A stretch of DNA of 64,000 nucleotides, from the NCBI GenBank assembly GCA_965197905.1, contig CBDAOB010000004.1:1152001-1216000 (forward strand). The letters run 5' to 3'. This stretch comes from Candidatus Latescibacterota bacterium. GTDB lineage: Bacteria; Latescibacterota; UBA2968; UBA8231. The notes under the pieces were generated by a model. That model was given only the letters and a program-made list of their open reading frames with translations. It searched no databases and was not told the DNA's origin. Below, piece after piece: positions 18,747 to 27,142 of this stretch. The translations under genes were made by a program, and so were the position numbers. Each line of letters begins with the position of its first letter. Position 1 is the stretch's first letter.

Positions 18747-19259
18747 TCAGTCGGCCGAGCGTTTGTTCAACGCCCCATTCCGAACCATGGGCAGGTTGGA
18801 TAGTTCGGTGAAGAGATACCGGTTTTGTCCGAGCTGTATACCGGTCTCTCCGAAAATCAGGTCCACGGTATAGATCCTGCTGCCATTGCTCACCAGGCTC
18901 ATCTCCCGGTAGTCGAAGTATTCACCGTCGGTGAGCTCAAACACGTAGGTGCAGCTGCGGCCCGTACACGCTTCCTTCCAGTACATTCCCTGCGCCCAGA
19001 ACAGAGTGTTTTGAGCGTCGGGTAGCCGCGATCCCGGATGTGCGGTTAGAATCTCGGTGCGCACGGTGAGGTTGCCGTTCTGAAATGTCCAGAACCGAAC
19101 CTGCTCGGCGTCTATGGGTTCGTACTCCATCGAGGGGAGCTGGGTATCTTGGTATTGGAATAGGACCTGACCATCCAACCTTTCCTGGTCGGTGGAGCCT
19201 GTGGGGTTTTGTCCGCATGCAAACAGCGCAGCAACGAGAAGATATTTGACATTTCGCAT
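18747..19259 (-). CDS. Hypothetical lipoprotein (170 aa)
   Basis: AGGAGG SD and MRNVKYLLVAALFA-C lipobox. No recognisable domain. Confidence 0.7.
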   Translation of the reverse strand: MRNVKYLLVAALFACGQNPTGSTDQERLDGQVLFQYQDTQLPSMEYEPIDAEQVRFWTFQNGNLTVRTEILTAHPGSRLPDAQNTLFWAQGMYWKEACTGRSCTYVFELTDGEYFDYREMSLVSNGSRIYTVDLIFGETGIQLGQNRYLFTELSNLPMVRNGALNKRSAD

Positions 19260-19378
19260 TTTGTGCCTCCTTTCGCCACAGGGGCGTTGTGACGCTTGAC
19301 AAGCCGGAACGACCATGGATCGGTTCCGCGAGGTCGTTCGACACCGATACAAGTCAAGGAGCCCCGTTCCAGGTAGCA

Positions 19379-19408
19379 ACAAAAAACCGGCCCGAATAAG
19401 GGCCGGTT
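19379..19408 (-). terminator. Intrinsic terminator (minus strand)
   Basis: Perfect AACCGGCCC/GGGCCGGTT stem with a 6-nt loop. The adjacent A run on + is a U tract on -. Confidence 0.85.
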
Positions 19409-19682
19409 GGAAGTATCGCGCACGAATTGCGGGGTAGGGCTACAATTGTGCTCTATGGACCTCTCGATTGATCGGGATGAATCTGCTGCGATTCGACCAG
19501 CCTTCAATCATAGATCTGATTCCCCTCCTACAGGTGCAGTCCTTGCGTGGCGAACGATGGTTGCCGCTTGCTTCCGTTCCCGGCAACGCTTGATACCGCT
19601 TAGTAGTATATATCGACACGTTCTGACAATCCCTTTAGTCGCCCATATCCCCGGTTGCTGGAGCCGGATCCCGCGACCAGTC

Positions 19683-20951
19683 CTAAAGCGTCAGGTTGAG
19701 GCAAACGATTTCCTCCTCGTTGCGGAGGAACAAACGACCGGCTGCCAGGGCTGGCATCGTCCAGCAACGGCCCTCAAGTATCTGGGCGGTGCTCTTCTCA
19801 CGGTAGGATTCGGGTGTCGCTTCCACCAACCCTAGGTTTCCCTGCTCGCCCAGGACGATGAGATGCCCCGCCGCCAGCAGGAGTGTTCCTTTGCCGAAAC
19901 CGCGCTTCTTCCAGCGCTCGGATCCCGTACGGGCATCCAAACATTTGAGGATGGCGTTGTCGAAACCGTAGAGGTAATCACCCTGTACTACCGATGAGCC
20001 AAAGTGATTCTTCATCATCCGCGTTTTCCAGATCTCCCGCGCGGTAAGATTCGAGCCCGCCGCATCGACCTGGATCACACTCGCCCCGGTGTCGTAGCCG
20101 GATGAAATGAAGATCCTGTTGGGGGGAATGAAAACCGGGGTCGCGGCGTTTACGTCGTAGCTCGTCTCCCATGGAAAGCTCCATAACGTGGCACCATCTG
20201 AGGGATCGAGGGCAATCAGCCCAGGCGAGGTGAAAAAGATCACCTGTCGGCGACCGGCGAGGTCAATGGCTATGGGCGAGGAGTAACTCGGTTTTCCGGC
20301 AGCCGCGGTCCAGGCGATCTTGCCACTGTCTCGCCGAAATGCGGCGATGGTCGCGTCCTGCTCAACCTCGGAAAAGACATCCAGTACCGAGGTCTTGGGA
20401 CTGCCACCGGTTTCGACCAAAACCAGATCGCCTTCGACCAACGGCGACGAGCAAAACCCCCATCTCGGGGGCTCTCCACCGAACATCTTCATTAGATCGT
20501 GCTCCCACACCACCTTACCATCGTCGGCGCCGACGGCATACAGCTTCCCACGCGCTCCAAGCGCATAGACCTGTTTCCCGTCTATCGTTGGCGTGGCCCT
20601 GGGGCCATTGCCTCCTTGGTGGTCCAGGAAGATGTCATCCATTCTAAGGCGCCACACCTGGCGACCATCGGCGGCATCGAGACAGAGCAGGTACTCGGCA
20701 TGGTCGCGAGACACCATGGTGTAAAGGCGGTTACCTTCGACGGCGATGCCGGAAAACCCTCCACCACCGGCAACCCGCCACTCTACCTTGGGTCCGGCAG
20801 CGGGCCAAGTTTGTGGCAGCTCGGACACCACCGAAACACCGTCTCGATGGGGCCCTCGCCACTGTGGCCAGCCGGGCGCATCCGCGCCTGCGTCGGCGGT
20901 GCAGACGGCCGCCATGATACAAAGGGTCATGAATCTGCTGTGTGGTGTCAT
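19683..20951 (-). CDS. Secreted PQQ-like (BamB-like) beta-propeller protein
   Basis: Signal peptide, WPQWRGP N-terminal motif and repeated xDxxxGxxxW blades. Confidence 0.88.
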   Translation of the reverse strand: MTPHSRFMTLCIMAAVCTADAGADAPGWPQWRGPHRDGVSVVSELPQTWPAAGPKVEWRVAGGGGFSGIAVEGNRLYTMVSRDHAEYLLCLDAADGRQVWRLRMDDIFLDHQGGNGPRATPTIDGKQVYALGARGKLYAVGADDGKVVWEHDLMKMFGGEPPRWGFCSSPLVEGDLVLVETGGSPKTSVLDVFSEVEQDATIAAFRRDSGKIAWTAAAGKPSYSSPIAIDLAGRRQVIFFTSPGLIALDPSDGATLWSFPWETSYDVNAATPVFIPPNRIFISSGYDTGASVIQVDAAGSNLTAREIWKTRMMKNHFGSSVVQGDYLYGFDNAILKCLDARTGSERWKKRGFGKGTLLLAAGHLIVLGEQGNLGLVEATPESYREKSTAQILEGRCWTMPALAAGRLFLRNEEEIVCLNLTL

Positions 20952-21006
20952 GGTATGGTTTCCTCTCGCGGCGTACCCAGGGTCACATTCGCGAGGAATC
21001 AGGATG

Positions 21007-22350
21007 TCAGGTGTAACGGGCGTTGCGATATTTGAGATCGTAGAACTCTGGAAGAAGCTGATCCACCTGGAGCAGCCCTTTTCGAGTTAGCTCGATCAGG
21101 TCGCGGTTGAAATCCAACAGCTGTTCCCGCTCGAGGTCCTGCAGCACCGGCAAGAAACGGGTGACGATATCGACGCCGAACTTTTCTTGAAAGTAGGATG
21201 GACTCAGCCGGCCCACCTTCAGTTGCAGGATGAATTCCCTTGTCAATCGTTCGGCGGCGTCGGTGACGAAACCCCGTGCCAAGGGCAGACGACCCTCCTG
21301 CAGCGCCTTCAGGTAGGGGTCCCACTCGGCCAGATTCTGAAAGTGGACGCCGCCCACGTGAGAAAAGGAAGCCACCCCGGTTCCGAGCATGTCGCTGCTT
21401 TGCCATACCGCGTCCCGGTAGACGAATTCGCCGTTCCCTCCGGCCCTGGTCATGGTGTAGGCACTGGATGCTTCGAATCCGGCTTCTTCAAACTGTTCCA
21501 TGGCGTACGCGTGCCAGGCGCGCTTGGTTTCCCAGTTCGCGAAATCGAGGTCGGACCCCTGGGCGAGCTCTTTGGAGTAGACGGTGTTGTGCGGGAGCTC
21601 CATCTGGTAGATGGTTACGCTGTCCGGCTCGAGAGCAATGGTCCGGCTCACCGTCTCCTTCCAGCTGTCCCACGATTCGCCTACCATGCCCGCGATGAGG
21701 TCGACGTTTAGCTGTTCGAACTCGAGCTCCCGAATCCAGGGCATGACCTGGTAGATCTCAGGCGAACGATGGGCGCGGCCGTTGTTGGCGAGAATCTCGT
21801 CGTTCAGATTCTCAATGCCCAGACTGAGGCGTGTAACCCCGATTTCTTTGATCGCTTCCAATTTTGCCTGGGTGAGCGTCCCTGGCTCGCATTCGAAAGC
21901 CACCTCCCGAGCACCCTCCCAGGAGATGCACTGTTGCGCGCGGGTAACAAACTGCCGCAGGTGGCGAGCACTGATGTAGGATGGCGTGCCGCCCCCAAAG
22001 TAGATGAAGGTGAGATCCCGGCCCTGCACGGCGGGAAGCTCGGCGTAGATCTCCAGCTCCAGTATCAACCCGTCGAGGTATTGTTGGATGTCGGAGCTGT
22101 TTTTGTCGGTGTACACGCGGAAATAACAGAACCTGCACCGCTTGCGACAGAATGGGATGTGGATATAGAGCCCCACGGGGGTTTCCGAATCGGCAGGCGA
22201 GCTGTTGAGGACGTCGTAGGCATGGCCAACCTCTTCCTCCTTCCAGAACGAGTATGGCGGATAGTTGGAGACGAATACGCTCCCTATCTCGGTCTGGGCC
22301 CGCGCTTTGCGCGTCGTTGCGGGATCTGGATTGGTGGTTGGGCTATTCAA
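21007..22350 (-). CDS. HemN-like radical SAM protein (not canonical HemN or HemW)
   Basis: LYIHIPFCRKRCRFC, YFGGGTPS, RLSLG, NVDLIAG and a HemN_C-like tail LTRKG. Confidence 0.9.
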   Translation of the reverse strand: MNSPTTNPDPATTRKARAQTEIGSVFVSNYPPYSFWKEEEVGHAYDVLNSSPADSETPVGLYIHIPFCRKRCRFCYFRVYTDKNSSDIQQYLDGLILELEIYAELPAVQGRDLTFIYFGGGTPSYISARHLRQFVTRAQQCISWEGAREVAFECEPGTLTQAKLEAIKEIGVTRLSLGIENLNDEILANNGRAHRSPEIYQVMPWIRELEFEQLNVDLIAGMVGESWDSWKETVSRTIALEPDSVTIYQMELPHNTVYSKELAQGSDLDFANWETKRAWHAYAMEQFEEAGFEASSAYTMTRAGGNGEFVYRDAVWQSSDMLGTGVASFSHVGGVHFQNLAEWDPYLKALQEGRLPLARGFVTDAAERLTREFILQLKVGRLSPSYFQEKFGVDIVTRFLPVLQDLEREQLLDFNRDLIELTRKGLLQVDQLLPEFYDLKYRNARYT

Positions 22351-23455
22351 CGGGTTGCTCTCCGAAGCAGTACAGGTATCCGTTTTCGGCGCCGATTACA
22401 AGCCGGTCCCCTGCCATGGATGGGGAGGCGATGATGGCCGAACCAGCAGCAAAACGCCAACGCTCCTCTCCGGAAGATAGGTCGAGACCGAAAAGGGTGC
22501 CGCCAGTCGTTCCGAAATAGACCCGCCCGGAAGCAACCACCGGCGAAGAGTCGACCTTCGAACCCGCGGCGAAGCTCCACAGCAGTTCTCCTGTTTTCGG
22601 GTGCAGCGCACGTACGAATTTGTCACGTCCGGCAACGACGATGTGCTCGCGTAGCACCGCGGCCGAAGCGTAGAACGGAAACCGGTGGTCAATTTCCCGA
22701 TATCTCCAGGCTACTTCACCTGATTCCAGATCGAGAGCAACAAACTCGTCACCAAAAGTCCCTAGGTAGGCGAACCTCCTCTGTACCGCGGGACTCGCCG
22801 CAGTGTAGGAACCCAAGGTGATCTGGTCCAGCTCGCGGCCCGTCTGGGTGTCTAGTACGCGCAATAAGCCGTCGCAGCCGGCGACCAGCACGCTACCGTC
22901 GACGACGGGACAGGAGGCGTGAACGTACCCCTCGGTCTCGAACCTCCAGATCTCCTCTCCGGTATCTCGGTTTATGCAGTAGAGCCGTTGGTCGTAAGAC
23001 CCGAAGAACAGTCGCTCGCCGCTGGCGACGGCAGAGGAAACGATAGCGTCCTCCGCGGCAAAGGTCCACCGCGGCGCTCCGTTGGCAAGGTTCAGACTAT
23101 GAAACCTGCCAGCCTCGTCGCCGAAGAAGATCCCTCCATCATATACCAGCGGCGAGGATTTGATGGCTGCACGGGCCGCGTATTCCCATTTGAGCTCTCC
23201 CGAATACAGGTCGACGGCGTAGAGTGTGCTGTCCATCGATCCCACGTAGGCGACTCGGCCCAGAATGGCCGCCGTGGATTCGATTGGAGCTCGGGTCGGG
23301 AAGGTCCAGAGAAGCTGCGGCGTTGTCGGCAGGTTGGCGGCGCTGACGCCCGACATCTGCGGGTCACCGCGAAAGCTGGGCCAGCTATCGCGCGCGAGGC
23401 AAGGCGACACCAAGACCAGTTGCCAGACGCAGAAGCTGAGAAACCACGCACCCAT
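22343..23455 (-). CDS. Secreted PQQ-like beta-propeller protein (370 aa)
   Basis: Signal peptide, WPSFRGD and eight very regular SSP...G..W blades. TGATG overlap with the ADH stop. Confidence 0.88.
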   Translation of the reverse strand: MGAWFLSFCVWQLVLVSPCLARDSWPSFRGDPQMSGVSAANLPTTPQLLWTFPTRAPIESTAAILGRVAYVGSMDSTLYAVDLYSGELKWEYAARAAIKSSPLVYDGGIFFGDEAGRFHSLNLANGAPRWTFAAEDAIVSSAVASGERLFFGSYDQRLYCINRDTGEEIWRFETEGYVHASCPVVDGSVLVAGCDGLLRVLDTQTGRELDQITLGSYTAASPAVQRRFAYLGTFGDEFVALDLESGEVAWRYREIDHRFPFYASAAVLREHIVVAGRDKFVRALHPKTGELLWSFAAGSKVDSSPVVASGRVYFGTTGGTLFGLDLSSGEERWRFAAGSAIIASPSMAGDRLVIGAENGYLYCFGEQPVE

Positions 23456-24570
23456 CAGAATGCGGCCCGGTATAGCTCGAGAAGGTCGGACAGCGCCAAC
23501 GGCCGCGGATTGAAACGGGCGGTCCATTGCTCGGCGGCATCGGCGGCGAGGTCGGGGAGGACTTCCTCCGGCACCGGAATTTCCCGCAACTGCTGGGGCA
23601 ATCCCGCCGTGGAACGAACAACCGCCAGACGCTCGATCATCTCGTCGGCGCCACCTCCCAACACTGCGTATTCCCGAAACATCTCCGCGTCGTTGTGGCG
23701 TATGACGTGAGTCAACATCAAGCCGACCGCCGCGCCGTGAGATATATTGAAGCGGGCCGACAGCGGATTGGCGCAGGCGTGGGCCGCACCAAGCATGGAG
23801 TGTTCGATGGCAACGCCTGCAAAATGGGCCCCCGTCAACATCGCCTCCCACGGTTTGCTATCCTCGGTTCCGGCAAGCACCGTCTCGTAGTTCCTCTCGA
23901 GCAGGCGCCATGCCTCCGCTGCGAACATCTGCGACACAGGGTTGCGCCGCGTGCAAACATAGCTCTCCGCGGCGTGCGCCATGGCATCCAATCCGGTAGC
24001 AGCCACGACTTCGCGAGGGGCGCTGGGCGCCAGATGGGGGTCGAGAATGACCGCGACAAATTTCACCTTGCTATCGCCGCACGCCATCTTGCGATGTGAC
24101 TCGTCCTGGGCGATTACCGCGAACGATTGGGCTTCGCTGCCGGTGCCGGCGGTTGTTGGAATCCCGATCGCCGGCAACATCGGCTTGGTCGCACGGTTTA
24201 CACCCCAGTAATCCTCCATGCTACCGCCGTTGGTATAGATGAAGTTGATCCCCTTGGCGCAGTCCATGGCGCTGCCGCCACCTAGGCCGACGATGAGGTC
24301 GATGCTCCCACATTGATGTGCGAAATCGGCCCCGACCCGGACGTTGCTCGCCGTGGGGTTCTCGTCCACCTGATCGAAGATGTGGCATTCGTCGACTGAC
24401 CCCATGAGCAGGTCAAACGCCTTGGTAGTTAAGCCGCAGCGGGTGATCCCTGGGTCGGAGACCAGCAGAATCTGCCGAGCTCCAAACTTTTCCGGCATAG
24501 CGCCGAGGTCGTCCAGTCGCCCGGCGCCGACCAGCACCTCGGGACTGCACTGGAACTCAAACGAGGGCAT
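23455..24570 (-). CDS. Iron-containing alcohol dehydrogenase
   Basis: GLGGGSAMD, IPTTAGTGSE, DAMAHA, AHACA and SHG metal ligands. Confidence 0.93.
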   Translation of the reverse strand: MPSFEFQCSPEVLVGAGRLDDLGAMPEKFGARQILLVSDPGITRCGLTTKAFDLLMGSVDECHIFDQVDENPTASNVRVGADFAHQCGSIDLIVGLGGGSAMDCAKGINFIYTNGGSMEDYWGVNRATKPMLPAIGIPTTAGTGSEAQSFAVIAQDESHRKMACGDSKVKFVAVILDPHLAPSAPREVVAATGLDAMAHAAESYVCTRRNPVSQMFAAEAWRLLERNYETVLAGTEDSKPWEAMLTGAHFAGVAIEHSMLGAAHACANPLSARFNISHGAAVGLMLTHVIRHNDAEMFREYAVLGGGADEMIERLAVVRSTAGLPQQLREIPVPEEVLPDLAADAAEQWTARFNPRPLALSDLLELYRAAF

Positions 24571-26008
24571 CTTGCAGCGGCCCGGAGCTCCTGATCTGCA
24601 GCGCTCGTTGCTGATACAGCAATTCGAAGAGATTGCCCTCGTGGGGCTGATCCCACTCAATCCGATTGGTCCTAATCGGCCCGATATTGAGACGGTCGAT
24701 GGCAGGCGTCGTGAGCAATTCGGCGACGAAATCTCGTTGATCCGACAGAGCCGTCACCACCAGGCTTGGTCCGATCATGTTCAACAACTCTGCCTGTGGT
24801 GCCTGAACCACGCTGACGAACGGGAAGAGGAATTCGGTGTTGGCCAGCGGGTGTGAGCCGTCTTCGCACCATACAACCGTTGGCAGCAAGAAGCTGCAGC
24901 CATCCACGATGGTGAGACGCGGACCTTTGCGATACCGTGCGGTCAGGTCTTCCGCACCCGGAATTGTCAGCTGCGACTCGATCAACTGGTCGATGCCTCG
25001 CGCGACGTCCGGGTTGCTGAAGGCGGCGATCCGGGCGCGATCGTCGGTGAGACTGCGGGCTTCGATCTTCGCCAGCCGGCGCGCCAGTTCCTCGGCGAGC
25101 TCGCGTCCTTGCGACGTGGTCCACACACCGGAGGCATTGATGCAGGAGCGACCGCCGTTGTCGACCACCGAATGTTCGATGAGATCCAGGTATTCGGACC
25201 ACTGCGGTGCCGTGTCGGCGGCAAAGAGAATCTTGCTACGTCCGGGACCATGAATTTGAACCCCGGGTTCGGTGCACCACGGATCGACGGTGGCTCCACC
25301 TCCGAACAAGAGGGAGCGTCCACATTGCAGCAGAATCTCCGCCGCTCCGCTGTGATCCGTTGGATAGAAGCTGAACGCCGGTGCTGGACAGCCGGCAGCC
25401 ATAAACGCCTGGGCTACCCGAAACGGCGTCCAGGGCTCCTCCGCGCCCGGTTTTAGAACCACCGGGACCTTGAGCGCAATGGAAGGCAACCACAGGGAGT
25501 GAACCCCGGGGGAATTGCTCGGCAGGACGCAACCGAGAGCCTGGGTCTGGCACAGATAGCTGAGGTTGCGACCGTCCGGATTTGTGCCGGCCGTGCCGTC
25601 GAGCACGGTCATATCCAACCCGCGGGTCAAACCGTCCAGGACCTTCTCCATCGACGTCAGGACTGTGGAGATCTTCTCCATGTTGGAGCGACAAAGGACT
25701 CGAGGTAGACCGGTGCTTGCCGAGGTCTGGGCAACATAGTCGTTCGGCGTTTGCACCGAGTTCCCCAGCGGCAACTCCCCTTCCATGAACAGCTTCGCGG
25801 CCCGGTAGCAGAGCTCCATCAACGCGGCCGTACCCATCTCGGCTAGCTGCTGTTTGTGATGGGCAGCAGCCGCAAGATCGAGCGCGATCAATCCTCGATT
25901 GGCCACGCTGACCTCGGCCAGCGGCTCTCCCGATCGAATATCCCGCACGATGCTTTTCTTCAGGCTTGCGTACGGCGTGCCGGCGCGCAGGATCGGTAGG
26001 TGCAGCAT
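24557..26008 (-). CDS. Aldehyde dehydrogenase-fold protein, GriD/EhpG-like putative acyl reductase
   Basis: LPSNSP, LKP, catalytic Cys in NGGRSCINAS and EFLFPF. HGPGRSK stands in place of ELGGK. TGATG-coupled to the upstream gene. Confidence 0.82.
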   Translation of the reverse strand: MLHLPILRAGTPYASLKKSIVRDIRSGEPLAEVSVANRGLIALDLAAAAHHKQQLAEMGTAALMELCYRAAKLFMEGELPLGNSVQTPNDYVAQTSASTGLPRVLCRSNMEKISTVLTSMEKVLDGLTRGLDMTVLDGTAGTNPDGRNLSYLCQTQALGCVLPSNSPGVHSLWLPSIALKVPVVLKPGAEEPWTPFRVAQAFMAAGCPAPAFSFYPTDHSGAAEILLQCGRSLLFGGGATVDPWCTEPGVQIHGPGRSKILFAADTAPQWSEYLDLIEHSVVDNGGRSCINASGVWTTSQGRELAEELARRLAKIEARSLTDDRARIAAFSNPDVARGIDQLIESQLTIPGAEDLTARYRKGPRLTIVDGCSFLLPTVVWCEDGSHPLANTEFLFPFVSVVQAPQAELLNMIGPSLVVTALSDQRDFVAELLTTPAIDRLNIGPIRTNRIEWDQPHEGNLFELLYQQRALQIRSSGPLQDALV

Positions 26009-27126
26009 CAGTAGACTCCCACCACCACCGACTGCTGCAGCTCGGAAAGCAACCGCAGGTTGCAGACCCCGTCCCACGGATACTGGACGGTCGGTTCCGC
26101 GCGTTCGGCCTCGTCCCGCTCCAGAAAACGGGGCATGAAGAACTCCTTCGTCAAGGTGGTCAGCATGACCCGACCTGTTCCCCCGTACGGTACCACCTCA
26201 TTCGGTGACTTGGGATCCACCAGCTCGATTACCGCCCGAGGCTGCGGCGGGTAGTAGGTGATCGCGTAGTCGTCTTCCGGATCGAACGGCTTGAAACAGG
26301 CCAATCCCATCAGGGTGTTGCCGTAGGTCGGGACGAAATCGATCCCAGGTACCAGCTCCTCGCGGGCAAATCGATGGAACTGGGCATCCATCTCGGTGCC
26401 GCCGCAGAAAATCCCAGTGATCCCCGCTTTGGCCAGGGAGATCTTCGAGGCCAGTGCTTCCAGCAGTTTTGGGGTGGTGAACAGACAGCGGACGTTATCG
26501 TGAGCCCGCAGTACCGTAAGTGCCTGGTGTACAACGTGATCCTTGTACTCTTCCAGGTCGCGGTGTTTGCCTTGGGACACCATTCGGTTTACCCAGCGGG
26601 GATCCAGGTCGACCATGAAACAGATGCCACCGCGCAGCTGCGCCAGGTGTTCCACTGCCAGACGCAGGCGGCGCGGGCCGCTGGGACCGAGCATCAACCA
26701 GTCGCCGCCAGGAGGGAACCCCTCCGCCGATAGTGACTCGCTGAATTGCTCGTAATCGATCTGGAAATCCCGGACATTGATGCGGTACTTGGGCGTGCCC
26801 GTGGACCCACCGGTTTCGAACACGTACACCGGGTCGTCTTTGTACGCCTTGGGGACCCAACGCCGCACCGGCCCGCCGCGCAGCCACTCATCCTGGAAAT
26901 GGCCCAGCTTGCTCAGGTCGCCGTAAGCCCCGATTTCGGTGAGCGGATCGAAGCCGAGCTCTTCCTTCCGCTGCAGCCAGAAGTCGCAACCGGTCTCGGC
27001 ACTGAAATGCCAGCGTACGATCTCGCGGACATGAGCGTTGAGTTGCTCGCCGGCGGCGTTGACGGCACTGTCCGTGGGTCTTTCAGAATCTACCATGTTC
27101 AAGAGAGTATTGGGGTGTTCGCTCAA
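26008..27126 (-). CDS. EhpF/GriC-like short adenylating enzyme (atypical ANL family)
   Basis: WHFSAETGCDFWL, ETGGSTGTPK P-loop, DLDPRWV, GGTE, YGNT, ERD and C-terminal VGVY, the motif series I recall for EhpF/GriC. About 370 aa. Confidence 0.8.
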   Translation of the reverse strand: MSEHPNTLLNMVDSERPTDSAVNAAGEQLNAHVREIVRWHFSAETGCDFWLQRKEELGFDPLTEIGAYGDLSKLGHFQDEWLRGGPVRRWVPKAYKDDPVYVFETGGSTGTPKYRINVRDFQIDYEQFSESLSAEGFPPGGDWLMLGPSGPRRLRLAVEHLAQLRGGICFMVDLDPRWVNRMVSQGKHRDLEEYKDHVVHQALTVLRAHDNVRCLFTTPKLLEALASKISLAKAGITGIFCGGTEMDAQFHRFAREELVPGIDFVPTYGNTLMGLACFKPFDPEDDYAITYYPPQPRAVIELVDPKSPNEVVPYGGTGRVMLTTLTKEFFMPRFLERDEAERAEPTVQYPWDGVCNLRLLSELQQSVVVGVY

Positions 27127-27142
27127 ATCGCGTAGACCGCGA

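Noticed and set aside
21007..22350. Heme biosynthesis hemN or heme chaperone hemW
   Set aside because: The diagnostic PRYTSYP and HNxxYW motifs are absent and the context is not heme-related.
24557..27126. Phenazine, grixazone or lux (LuxC/LuxE) operon
   Set aside because: No phz, griH/griI or luxAB/luxD genes are in the window; only the reductase-type pair is shared.
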